In this document: positions 45,059 through 55,600 of the stretch, piece by piece
Layout of the letters: every line of letters starts with the position of its first letter
Position numbering within the stretch: the stretch's first letter is position 1
Assembly (NCBI GenBank): GCA_963602685.1
Contig: CAVCJG010000003.1
Span: 560 to 64,559 of the forward strand
Source: Eggerthellaceae bacterium
GTDB taxonomy: Bacteria; Bacillota; Clostridia; Christensenellales; UBA1242
DNA: 64,000 nt
Direction of reading: 5' to 3'
The notes under the pieces: model-generated
Told to the model about the DNA's origin: nothing
What the model saw: only the letters and a program-made list of their open reading frames with translations
The model's database searches: none
Made by a program: the position numbers and the translations under genes

Positions 45059-47017
45059 TTAATCTTTTTTGCCTAATTTTTTCTTTAAAATTAGTATTTT
45101 ATTTCGAATTTCAATCGCTCTTTCAAAATCAAGCGAATTAGAAGCAAGTTTCATCATGCTTGTCAAGCGCTCAATTTCAGCCGGAATATCTTTCTTTTTA
45201 ATTTCATCAGCTGTCACCTTTTTGGTGATTTCAAGAGTGTTCTTAACATTCTTTTTAATTGTTTTTGGAGTTATTCCGTGCTCTTTGTTGTATTGATTTT
45301 GTATCTCGCGACGTCTTGCTGTTTCGTCAATCGCACGTCTCATCGAGTCGGTTATTTCATCGGCATACATAATCGCTCTGCCGTTTTCATTTCGCGCAAC
45401 TCTTCCGATTGTTTGAATCAACGCTCCTTCGCTGCGCAAGAACCCTTCTTTGTCGGCATCTAAAATTGCGACCAATTCAACTTCCGGCATATCAAGACCT
45501 TCCCTAAGCAAGTTGATTCCTACAAGCACATCAAATTCGCCATTTCGAAGTCCATTGATAATTTCAACACGCTCCATGGTGTCAATCTCAGAATGCAAAT
45601 ATTTAACTTTAATTTTGCGGTCGCCAAGATAAGTTGTCAAACTTTCAGCCATTTTCTTTGTCAGCGTGGTTACAAGCACACGAGCCCCGCGCGCGATTGT
45701 CGCGTTTATTTCTGAAATCAAATCATCAATCTGGCCTTTCGAAGGTCGAACTTCAATGGTCGGATCAAGCAGCCCAGTAGGTCTAAGCAACTGTTCAACA
45801 ACCTGTCCAGCCCTAGAAAGTTCGTATGGTGCAGGAGTCGCCGAGACATACAAAGTCTGCCCCAAGCGTTCATTAAATTCGTCAAATTTAAGCGGTCTGT
45901 TGTCGCGCGCTGCTTCAAGGCGGAATCCAAATTCAATCAAATTATCTTTTCGCGCCTTGTCGCCGTTATACATCGCTCTAACCTGTGGCAGAGTCATATG
46001 ACTTTCGTCAATAATTGTTAAAAATCCACGTGGAAAATAATCCATCAAAGTGAATGGTGGCTCGCCAGGCTTTCGCCCGTCAAAGTATCTCGAATAATTT
46101 TCAATGCCGTTGCAATATCCAAGTTCTTGCATCATTTCAAGGTCATATGCCACGCGCTGTCCGATGCGTTCGGCTTCAAGCGGTTTCCCTTCATCATTAA
46201 ACTTTTTAATCGCCTTTTCACGGTCTTCAGTAATTTCTGCAATCGCTCTTTTCAAGCGTTCGTTTCCTACTGCATAATGAGTCGCAGGGTAAATCGCAGC
46301 ATAGCCAACTTCGTTTAACATATTTCCAGTAATTGGATCAAATTCAAACATTTTTTCAATTTCATCACCAAAAAAACGCACTCTAAGCGCCATTTCTGAT
46401 TGGTTTGCAGGAAAAATGTCCAACGTGTCGCCTTTCGCTCTAAACGTCGAACGCTTAAAATCCATCTCATTTCTGGTGTATTGAATGTCAATCAAACGCT
46501 TCATGATTTCATCACGATCAACGATGTCACCTTTTCTGAGCGATAAGTGCAAATTGTAATATTCTTCCGGGCTTCCCAAGCCATATATACACGAAACCGA
46601 CGCCACAACAATCACGTCTTTTCTTTCAAGCAAAGATGATGTGGCAGAAGAGCGAAGTTTATCAATTTCATCATTGATTGCCATATCTTTTTCAATATAA
46701 GTATCGGTCGGAACGATATATGCTTCTGGTTGATAATAATCATAATATGAAACAAAATATTCCACACGATTTTCAGGGAAAAATTCTCTAAATTCGTTGC
46801 ACAGTTGTGCCGCAAGAGTTTTGTTGTGAGCGATAACAAGTGTTGGTCTGTTTAATTTGGCAATTATATTTGCCATAGTAAAAGTTTTTCCGCTTCCCGT
46901 AACTCCCAACAGCACTTGTTCTTTTAAACCCTCATTAAACCCTTCCACAAGCTTATCAATAGCCTGTGGCTGATCGCCAGATGCTTTAAAAGGTGCATGC
47001 AAAATAAACTTATCCAT
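45059..47017 (-). CDS. uvrB: Excinuclease ABC subunit B
   Basis: The 652-aa ORF has Walker [14 protein letters not shown], a DESH box [11 protein letters not shown], helicase motifs and a C-terminal UVR domain ([13 protein letters not shown]-like: [17 protein letters not shown]). Confidence 0.98.
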   Translation of the reverse strand: MDKFILHAPFKASGDQPQAIDKLVEGFNEGLKEQVLLGVTGSGKTFTMANIIAKLNRPTLVIAHNKTLAAQLCNEFREFFPENRVEYFVSYYDYYQPEAYIVPTDTYIEKDMAINDEIDKLRSSATSSLLERKDVIVVASVSCIYGLGSPEEYYNLHLSLRKGDIVDRDEIMKRLIDIQYTRNEMDFKRSTFRAKGDTLDIFPANQSEMALRVRFFGDEIEKMFEFDPITGNMLNEVGYAAIYPATHYAVGNERLKRAIAEITEDREKAIKKFNDEGKPLEAERIGQRVAYDLEMMQELGYCNGIENYSRYFDGRKPGEPPFTLMDYFPRGFLTIIDESHMTLPQVRAMYNGDKARKDNLIEFGFRLEAARDNRPLKFDEFNERLGQTLYVSATPAPYELSRAGQVVEQLLRPTGLLDPTIEVRPSKGQIDDLISEINATIARGARVLVTTLTKKMAESLTTYLGDRKIKVKYLHSEIDTMERVEIINGLRNGEFDVLVGINLLREGLDMPEVELVAILDADKEGFLRSEGALIQTIGRVARNENGRAIMYADEITDSMRRAIDETARRREIQNQYNKEHGITPKTIKKNVKNTLEITKKVTADEIKKKDIPAEIERLTSMMKLASNSLDFERAIEIRNKILILKKKLGKKD

Positions 47018-47020
47018 TCT

Positions 47021-47380
47021 TTATCCTTTGAAAATAGTTTTCAGCACAAGTCCGAAAATAAAACTGACTGTCGCCAAAAACAAACTGCGCAATACAAGCA
47101 AACCAAAATTTCGCCGTTGACTTTTTGAATCTATGGCAAATGTCTGCCCTTTCTTTTTTAATGTTACACAATAATAATACCCCATTTTGCTTTCAGAAAC
47201 AACAAAATCAATATAGTTTTCATCAGAAAGCACTGTCATTATTTCATCAAGCTCAGCAATAGAAAGCACAAACTTTTTTGATAACGCCGCCGAAATGTCG
47301 CTTGGAGAAATTAGGCATGTCCTTTTTTTAGGGCAAACCTTGCAAAGATACAACATGACCAACCTTTCTTTTCTCGTCAA
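47021..47380 (-). CDS. Small wHTH-like protein with C-terminal transmembrane anchor (paralog 1); start uncertain
   Basis: The track ORF is 154 aa and overlaps the upstream gene by 38 nt. Ungapped alignment with the 48308..48670 product begins at ...KERLVMLYLCKV..., so the start is more likely TTG 47380 or ATG 47356. The C-terminus NFGLLVLRSLFLATVSFIFGLVLKTIF is a TM helix. The stop is 4 nt from the uvrB start. Confidence 0.6.
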   Translation of the reverse strand: MTRKERLVMLYLCKVCPKKRTCLISPSDISAALSKKFVLSIAELDEIMTVLSDENYIDFVVSESKMGYYYCVTLKKKGQTFAIDSKSQRRNFGLLVLRSLFLATVSFIFGLVLKTIFKG

Positions 47381-47447
47381 AAAAAGAGCGCCGCTCCTTT
47401 GTTCGGCTACTCTCTTTTTCCCATTTTTTATTTGTTTTAGACACTTA

Positions 47448-48080
47448 TTAACGTGATACTGTCCCGTCGTCTTTTTTTGCAACAAGTTCTGGACATGCCA
47501 TCTTTGCCATCTTTTGTCTCAATTCTTTGTGATATTGATTTGCTTCTTGCAATCTATTATGGCAATCTTCATATTCGTCATTTGCTTCATCAATATCAGA
47601 ACTTGAAACGCTGTATCCGCAAGATCTGTTATCATACAATTTATCCAATTTTTCGTCTGCCCATCTAAGTTGGCGGCTCAAAGCTTCTTTGTCTCTCATT
47701 GCTTCAAAAATAAACTTTAATTGAGATTCATAATAATACTCTGGAGCAAAAGACTCTTTAAACAATCTAACCAATTTATTATTTTCATTTAACGCTTGGG
47801 CGTAATTGTTTTTAGCTTCTTCAAAAACGGTTCTAAATTCATGTCCGTTGATAAAAATTTTATTTATATTGTCTGCAAGATATGGCTTCAAATCTTCAAA
47901 TGGAATTTCAATAAGTTCGCTAAGATATTGTGCCAACTCTTCATCATAATTAGTAATTTTGATATCTTCCTTTCTAATATAACCGAATGATTCAAGCCAT
48001 TCTTGAGGCATGTCTTCGTATCCTTCTGGAACTATAACTTTTCCATTCGCTCTTTCTTCAGCCCAATTTTCGTTCTTCAT
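47448..48080 (-). CDS. Hypothetical protein (210 aa), acidic, no recognisable family
   Basis: An AGAGGGGGAG RBS precedes ATG 48080. It is the first gene of an apparent operon with the wHTH-TM gene and uvrBA. Confidence 0.7.
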   Translation of the reverse strand: MKNENWAEERANGKVIVPEGYEDMPQEWLESFGYIRKEDIKITNYDEELAQYLSELIEIPFEDLKPYLADNINKIFINGHEFRTVFEEAKNNYAQALNENNKLVRLFKESFAPEYYYESQLKFIFEAMRDKEALSRQLRWADEKLDKLYDNRSCGYSVSSSDIDEANDEYEDCHNRLQEANQYHKELRQKMAKMACPELVAKKDDGTVSR

Positions 48081-48104
48081 TTACTCCCCCTCTTTGTTGA
48101 TTAT

Positions 48105-48134
48105 ATTTTACCACAATACAGCACCCTAAGTCAA
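48105..48134 (-). promoter_or_regulatory. Candidate promoter of the 210-aa gene / uvrBA operon
   Basis: On the minus strand: TTGACT (48134-48129), an 18-nt spacer, then TGgTAAAAT (TAAAAT at 48110-48105). An overlapping TATAAT lies at 48105-48100. Confidence 0.4.
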
Positions 48135-48171
48135 TAGCAAATTTTATTTTTGTCTAATTTTGTCGATATAT

Positions 48172-48273
48172 GTGGGCGTGCACCATCCGCACGCTAAGCG
48201 CGGTGACGGATGCGCTCTTCGCGACCGCGAAGAGCCCGTGCCGGCGGCACCCGCCGGCACTGTGCGCGCCCAC
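48172..48273. other. GC-rich 102-nt element folding as a near-perfect four-way junction (candidate structured ncRNA or palindromic extragenic element)
   Basis: By my count 76 of 102 nt are G/C, in AT-rich intergenic DNA. A 12-bp closing stem pairs 48172-48183 with 48262-48273 (one G-U). Three hairpins follow: 48184-48212 (catccg/cggatg plus an inner stem), 48214-48235 (ctcttcgcg/cgcgaagag) and 48238-48260 (gtgccggcgg/ccgccggcac). The linkers are only 0-2 nt. Confidence 0.5.
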
Positions 48274-48307
48274 GAATTATTATCGCTAATATTGCAAACA
48301 ATAAAAT

Positions 48308-48670
48308 ATGCTAGACTTAAAATCAACCTTAATATTAAAGATATTACAAAAAGAATGTCATGGTTCGGGATACAAAGTGATCGACAAGAGTGACATTATA
48401 TCTGCCATGCCTGCAAAATATCGAGTCGATGAAGAAAATCTTGACCATATCATCACATATCTAGAAAGAAGCGAATGCATACATGTGAAATATGACGATG
48501 AAAACGTTTATTGTTTATGCGTTCTGCCAATGGGAAATCAAATAACTGAAAAAGAAGAAAAAAACAAAAAAGAAAAGCCAAAATATTGGCTTTTGCTAAT
48601 TTTTATCGCTATTTTTTCAATGATAGGCGGTCTTTTAGGTTCAATTATTGCAAAATTTATAAAATTTTAA
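48308..48670 (+). CDS. Small wHTH-like protein with C-terminal transmembrane anchor (paralog 2)
   Basis: The 120-aa ORF shares ...IDKSDIISAMPAKYRVDEENLDHIITYLERSECIHV... with paralog 1 (about 17 identities over 58 hand-aligned positions). The C-terminus YWLLLIFIAIFSMIGGLLGSIIAKFI is a TM helix. Confidence 0.7.
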   Translation: MLDLKSTLILKILQKECHGSGYKVIDKSDIISAMPAKYRVDEENLDHIITYLERSECIHVKYDDENVYCLCVLPMGNQITEKEEKNKKEKPKYWLLLIFIAIFSMIGGLLGSIIAKFIKF

Positions 48671-49368
48671 TTGGTCCTAAATTCTCTAAAATATGTTTCA
48701 TGTTCCATGCTATAAACGCCGTCAATACCAACAATTATATGATCGGCTAATGGCACATTCAAACTGCTAAGCAAAGTGCGAACAACTGCTGTCCCTTCTA
48801 TATCTTGTTGAGATGGCAATGCCTTGCCGCCTGGATGATTGTGAGCAAGAAAGATGTATGTAGGCTTTGAACTAGTTACAAACTTTGCAATTTGATGCGT
48901 GCTTACACCAACACTGTTAATTCCACCAGTGCCAAGTTTAATCTTTGACTTAACACGATTCGACGCATCAATGCCGACAATATAAGTTGTTTCAACTGGT
49001 TTAAAACGTAAAAGTTCTTCAAAGAAATCAGAAATATCGCTGCGATATTCAAATACATAACGTTTCGCAAGTTGTTGTTCTGTGTAGTAATCAAAAATTT
49101 CAACAAACAAATGAAGCTTCTTCGCTGAAGTTTCACCCATGCCTTCAACTTCTGCCAAATATTCCCAATCTGCATTCAAAACATCTGCCGCTGTTCCAAA
49201 CTTGTCCAGCAAACGATGAGCGAGTTCATTTGTATCGCAACGAGGGATTACATATGTTAAAATAAATTCTAATGCTTGAACATTGCTCACCTTATCGAGA
49301 CCTGCGTCGAGAATAGTTTCAAGCAATCTTTGTCTGTGACCTGCATGCATATTCTTCTTTTCTTCCAT
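48667..49368 (-). CDS. radC: RadC-family JAMM-like protein
   Basis: The 233-aa ORF has an N-terminal HhH-like region (GHRQRLLE...), VGID and the AHNHPGG motif (RadC HNHPSG-type), then ...DI..T. Its stop overlaps the convergent gene's stop in the palindrome TTAA. Confidence 0.88.
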   Translation of the reverse strand: MEEKKNMHAGHRQRLLETILDAGLDKVSNVQALEFILTYVIPRCDTNELAHRLLDKFGTAADVLNADWEYLAEVEGMGETSAKKLHLFVEIFDYYTEQQLAKRYVFEYRSDISDFFEELLRFKPVETTYIVGIDASNRVKSKIKLGTGGINSVGVSTHQIAKFVTSSKPTYIFLAHNHPGGKALPSQQDIEGTAVVRTLLSSLNVPLADHIIVGIDGVYSMEHETYFREFRTN

Positions 49369-49454
49369 AATTAAAGCCCTTTATTTCAGACAAAATTTTA
49401 TCATTTTCGCCTTTCTAACGCAAATGATTTCGCATGTTTTCTAATATTTTTTTG

Positions 49455-49575
49455 CATTTCTCTCCACCCCGCGCGGGAGCAAAATTTTGCCCGCAAAATT
49501 TTTAGTCGGCTCACGCCGCCCCGCTCGCTCCGCTCGCCCTCCCGCGCCACATTTTCTGCAGTAGCAGGTGGCACA
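49455..49575 (-). other. Second GC-rich structured block, located in the radC 5' leader
   Basis: A long-range 9-bp pairing joins gcgcgggag (49471-49479) to ctcccgcgc (49539-49547). It competes with the local hairpin gcgg(ga)gcaaaattttgcccgc (49473-49494). There is a tandem CCGCTCGC x2 (49521-49538) and a ccacc/ggtgg pair (49464-68 / 49567-71). The block lies between the giant-gene terminator and the radC start at 49368. Confidence 0.35.
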
Positions 49576-49600
49576 AAGAAATCTGGAAAATACAGGTTTT

Positions 49601-49637
49601 GCAAATAAAAAAGCAACTGTTTAAACAGTTGCTTTTT
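49601..49637. terminator. Bidirectional intrinsic terminator after giant gene B
   Basis: The sequence is aagcaactg-tttaaa-cagttgctt (49611-49634), flanked by an A-run and a T-run. The T-run abuts the stop at 49638-49640. Confidence 0.8.
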
Positions 49638-52600
49638 TTATAATTTGTTTATTGCAAAACCATTGCATACTGCTCCTGTCATATCTTTAAAGACATAACA
49701 TGTGAATCTGGATACATCCTCAATACCTTGCCAGTCGACATCACCATCTGTTTGAATAAAAGTATTTAATACAATTTCACTATATAACACATAATTATTG
49801 CTATAACCATGATTATCATTATTAAATGTAGGATGGTTGTCACCATAATGAAGAACAACATCTATCATTGTGCTGTCAGCCTTTAAAGTACAGCTATTAT
49901 CACCTTTTGCGAATGTGATACCTATGTCTACTTCACTTCCAGGTGTGTTTAAGCTGCCGCAAGTGTAAGCCTTATTCAGCCATTGATTATATCCGTCACC
50001 AACTCTTAGCGTCTTGTCAGAGCCTTTCTTAGTGTGATAGTATTTGTTTAAATTTAATCCGCCCCAACTTGAATTGCCGGCATATCCATTGCTTCCGGCA
50101 GCACTTGATAATGCTGCTTTATCTTCAGCCGTTAAGGATATAGATGAATTATCTTTTTTATATAAGATTACCGAACCTGCCTTTGCTCCAGATTTCTGTG
50201 CTCCACCAGCAATGGCCGATTTTGGCTTAGAACTAGTCCTTGTTGAATCTCTAGCCTCTGATGCTGCAAAGTATGCTATTCCTCCATTACCGCCATCTCC
50301 GGCCTTGACTATGCCATAATTGTGGGCAGAAGTTACGTTTTTCGAAGAGATGAGTGTTATTGTTTGTCCTGCTATATTATATTGTCCATTTGCTCCAATT
50401 ATTGTGCCATAATTGCTAATTTCGCAAGCGCCTGTTCCATTAACAATAGTTGGGTCAATTTGTTCACCAAAGTCATTGTAGCTATTATTAAACATTGAGT
50501 ATGATGCAAAATTTAAAAGTCCTTTTGCTTCTTCATTTATTTGACCTATCAACGATCCGACTATCATGCAGTTGCTAGAGTTAACTGTAGTCTGAGCCAC
50601 TTGATCTGGTGTGATTGGCACCACTGGTTTGTATGCCACTGGTTTGTGTGGCTCCGCAGCATAAGGAGTCGCAATAATTTCACCGCCCTTAACTTTTCTG
50701 GTAGTAGTTAAGGTCGCAAAATTTTCACTTCGGCCAAGAGTTAATGAACCATATATTTTTATATTTTTCACCGGTTTAGAGATGCTTTTTGCAAACAATC
50801 CCGTACTTCTATTCCCCATGAGTTTAAGATGAGATTGTCTATTGCTATAAATTGTTCCTGCAATCTGAACATCTTTAACTTCCTGAGTAACACTATTGAA
50901 TAAAACTAAATCCCGTTTAATATATGTTGACAACTGATAAAGATAATTAACTATATAATTATTTCCTGATAATCGCACTGCAAGACCTGGATATGAATCA
51001 TCAATTAATTTTAAATCAATATCGTCTGTCAATACTACACCATCGAATTTTTCAGTATTGCTTCCAGCACTACTTCCACCCGTCAAATCGATTGTCTTGT
51101 CCTCGGCTTTTGCTTGGTTGGTGTAATCGGCAGTAATAACATAAGTCACTTTTTTATCTACTGCGTTAAATTTTATCGTGTTCTTGTCTTTCGTATAGTA
51201 GTTATCTTCTTCACCAGACTCAATGGTTATGCCTGAAACACTAATTGTAATTTCAGGCTCGTTACCGCTAAGACCTTTAGTAAATGTTATTTCATCCGTA
51301 TAATATTGCAAAGTGCATGTAATGTTTTGAGCTTCAGCAGGTTTGCTATAATTTATTGCAACTTCTTCCCACCAGTTAAGTTCTGGTAAATCATCAACCA
51401 TTTCAACTTTGAATTTTATTTTATCATTTACGGATTCGGTGGATAATTTCAACATGATATCAACTTTATATTCTACATTGTTATAAGTGAATGTTTCACC
51501 ATTAACCACTTCAACAACATGAGTTTCTAAAGTATCGTCTGCTTTTGGAGTAGTATATGTAAATTTAACTTTATCTTTAGCTCCATCAGTTCCTTTAACT
51601 ATTTCATATTGAATAGAGTTTGAAACCTTTCCATCGGCTCCATAAAATTTAACAAATCCAGCATCTCCATCAATTATTGGCACTCCGCCGGCTGTTAATC
51701 TCACTTCACCACAGACAAGCTTTTTTTCTGTTAATACAGTGTATTTTTTGCCACCATAACTAAACTTGCCATCTTTTGCAATTGTAGTGCCGTTTATTAT
51801 AACTTCGCCAGAGCTTTTAATTAAATAATAAAGATCTTTATTGTCGACTCTTATCACTCCATGACTTCCAACTATCTCCGTAGTTTCTCCGCTTGCATAG
51901 AGTGTAACTACATTTTCGTAAATACCAACCGTAGGCTTAATTATTCCGTTTTGCTCCCAATTTAAATCTGAAACATATTCATATGTTTTACTTTTACTTG
52001 AAGTAAATATTTCTAATAAGTTATTATTATTCTTAAATTTTCCTTCTGGTATTTTTTGAGCTTCTGTAGTCAAAAGTGTAGGCGTTCCCCACTCTTCCTT
52101 ATTAAAGACCATATAATAATTTTTATTAGTATCTTCAGGCGCAGCAACAGAAATTGAAGTTAATGTATAATCAGCTGAATGGTATAATTCATTGTATTTT
52201 ATAATTCCACAAGATGATTTTATATCGCCTTCGCTTACTTCTTCATTAATAAGATTTTCAATACTTTTTTTATAAGTTTTTTCTATATCAACGCCTTTCA
52301 ACTTATCTGTCAGAATTTGATCATCTGGGTTAAGACCAGGCATGGTTGAATTACTATTTTGATTAAAATAGTCGTCAGCACTATCATATTTAAATGTGAT
52401 AGGCAATTGATAAATCATGAATACTATCAATTGCACTCCAGCTGTACCTGCTTTGTCTGCCACAACCGTGTATTGTATGTCTATTTCGGTTATGTTCTCT
52501 GAAGAATTGTATTTCATATTACTTAGCGAAATAATAACTCCTTGCGATTTATCATCTCCACTGGTAGCAATAAGTAAAATGCCTGATACGTTTTTGGTTG

Positions 52601-55600
52601 ATTCCCAGCCTGAAATAGTGCAATCCGCTTCTACGCCTGATATCTTTCCGTAAACACGATAAGGTATAGTGAGTGTCGCTGAGTTATCTTGTTCGTTTTC
52701 TGTAATTTTTAAATCTTGGTTATTTTTTAAAACTTTTAAAGGAACGTCAAATGTAGGGTTGCCTGTGCCTGCCTCAAACGAATCTTCACTTGAACCTTTA
52801 TAATCTTCAACTACGGGTATTTTATCTCCCCCTATAGCAGTCCCAAATGCAGTGTAAGCTTTTGTTATTGAATGCAATCTTCTTACATGATTTGTTGTAA
52901 GCGTCATACTTCCTGTTATATCAGTTTCTCGTTTATCATCATTATATGCTGGAATTGAGAAAACACCTTCTCCATTAACGCTTCCCGCGCTAATGTTTAT
53001 TGTAATAGTTTGCCCTTTCAATTTAGCGATTATGCCTTCACAGGTTTCTCCCGCTTTTAACGTATAAACAAGATGTTGAATTCCTGTAGTTTTATTATAT
53101 GCTGCAGCTTTGAAGACATAATTCTCATTTTCACCAATTTTTACTACATGAGACGTTCCTTCCACCAAAGCTTCGTCTATGATAATGGCTACTGTATTAT
53201 CCCCTAAAATTACTAAGTTGCTCGCTTCTAAAACCACTGTTCGACTTTCATTGTTGATTGCTGCAGTGATTTTATATCCCAGTGTACCACGAACATTTGT
53301 GCTGCTGTAATAGATATTGAATGAAATAGATTTTCTATCGCCGCTTAAAATTGGAGAGTCGCAAATCAAGTCCCCTTGCGCAACCTCTTTCCCACCTACT
53401 GTTATGTTTGTAACAGTAAAACTATCATAACCTGCTGCGCTCAATGTCTCAATGGATATACCATCTATATTGTCGATGGTAATATTTTGTCTATTGAAAC
53501 CACTATTAACTGCACCTGCAAATTGTTTGCCATTATCAACAAATGCATAAGTTTTACCGGCAATTGAAACACTAGTTGGTGCTTCTGGAGTACTATCGCT
53601 TCCCCTTATTGATGCCAGTGTAACACCCTCCGCATCATTTTCAGTTTCTTGACTAATTGCTTGTTGATAATATGTTGCCTTAAGAATCGAGTAATCCTTA
53701 CAATCGGTATACCTATCTTGCGTCAGTGTCTTTTTGCCGCCGTAACTTATTGTTCTTACGGTCTTCACATACACATATTCAGGTCCACCAAGTCGATCTA
53801 CCCCATTACACATCAAGCTATTCGTAGATGTAATTGTAATTCCATTAGCATTAAAAATAGCATTCTCTGGCAAAGTGAATTCTGATTTAGTAGAAATTGT
53901 TTTCTTTCCAAACAATCCGTTATTGAAAACAGTTCCGTGATTGCTGCAGTTTTCTTTTGCGCTAGCTATAGCATACGCAGCAACATTAACGATACCACTT
54001 GTGTTGTATTCTAAATTTTCTATAGTTACCGTCTTAGTTTTATCATTGGTTGACATATTGTCTGTTAAAGATTTATAACCCATTACGCCGCCTGCAGTTG
54101 ATCCTAATGCTTCAATGTACCCTGCATTGTAGCATTTTGTAATTTTGGTTCCTTTTGCAGCAATACCCGCAGCTGTGGCTTTGCCGCTTTGAGGGTTCAT
54201 AGTCTTATTACCCGCTTTTATCATCGCTGTGTTGTAACATAGTTCAACTTCTTGTTGTGTAGTTTCATTATCTTTGCTGTTCTCTGCACTACCTACGATA
54301 CCCGCAGCATAATAATCGCCATCAGAATTGGCTCCAGTGTAAGCGTTGAATACTGTGTTTTCGTTTCCACACTTTTCTACTTTTCCTGTAGCTTCCCCAA
54401 AAATTCCGCCAATATAGCTGCCCGTTGAACCTTCAACGTTGATTGGAGAATAGTTAATACAACTTTCTGCGCCTGCGCCTACGCCCGCAATGCCGCCAAC
54501 TTTTACGCCTACCGGTGCTTTGTCTCCTTCTTGGGTTTTAATTATTGGGGCAATGGCATCGATTTTTACATAGTTTTTACAGCTTGTTATCTTGCCAGTT
54601 GTTTCTGCAAATAAACCACCAATGGATTCATTATCCTTGCTAAATGTGTATTTCAATAACCCGGTTGCAACTACGTTTGTTGCTGTTCCGACTTCATTTG
54701 CTACAACCGCGCTTCCTGTAATACCATTTGCACCATCATCTGTTATGACAGTTTCAACTCTTAAATTGTTAATTGAAGCGACATCGATAAATAGTGTTGC
54801 CGCCACATTTTTAATTGTGTGGTTGTCACCTTCAAATGTTTTTCCGCTGATATCTATTGAATTATTGCTCGCGTATGTAGTTTTTGCTAAATCAATATCA
54901 CGAATTAATTTGTAACTACTATTTACTGGTGACTCTGTAGTATCCTTTACCATTTGATAAAATTTTGTCGCGTTTGGCACAAGGAGACATTGAACATCTG
55001 TATCCCCTATTTTAACAGTCTCGCTAGATGTCGACTCAAATGCTTTGAAGTTTCGACGCATATAGCCATAGTTGTTATTAATATCTGCTACCCAGCCTGA
55101 TGTTAAACCTTCTAATTCCGTTCCGTTTGCATATGAAACATTGCTTACAGTTTCTGCTACTGTTTCACCCTCTTTGCACACATTTGAACTCCATTCTGTT
55201 CCGTCTTTATCATATGCGCAATTTGTTGGATCTGCAGAGCCAAATATTCCACACTTCCCACTAAAATCGCTGCTGGTTGTGTGATCCTTGGCGCTGATGT
55301 GAGATATAGTGTATGAGTTGTTTACATATGTATTTGCTCCGTTTGTGAACGCATAAAGATTTGCACTTATGTATGAAGCAACTTCACCCGTTGCATAAGT
55401 GTTTTCAATATAATTGATTGCGTTGCCATTATTGTCTTTGTCTTTTTCGCTTGTTACAGCAACCGCTGCAGCATTTCCAAGCGTAGTGCCGTTTTTGCCT
55501 GCACGATAAACGATGTCGACTGAAGAATAGCATTCTGCAACTCGACCTGTTTGCATTAAACCTACAATGCCACCGATGTTTACTACCGTTGTTGTTGTGT

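Noticed and set aside
48144-48393. ORFs 48144..48326 (-) and 48160..48393 (+) spanning the GC-rich element
   Set aside because: Their only coding-like part is the palindromic GC-rich element read in both directions (Arg/Ala/Pro/Gly-rich). They use non-ATG starts, lack an RBS, and the plus-strand ORF runs into the real gene at 48308 in another frame.
49401-49616. 71-aa minus-strand ORF over the second GC-rich block
   Set aside because: The translation (…REGERSERGGVSR…) simply reflects the tandem GC-rich repeat. There is no RBS, and it overlaps the terminator of the giant gene.
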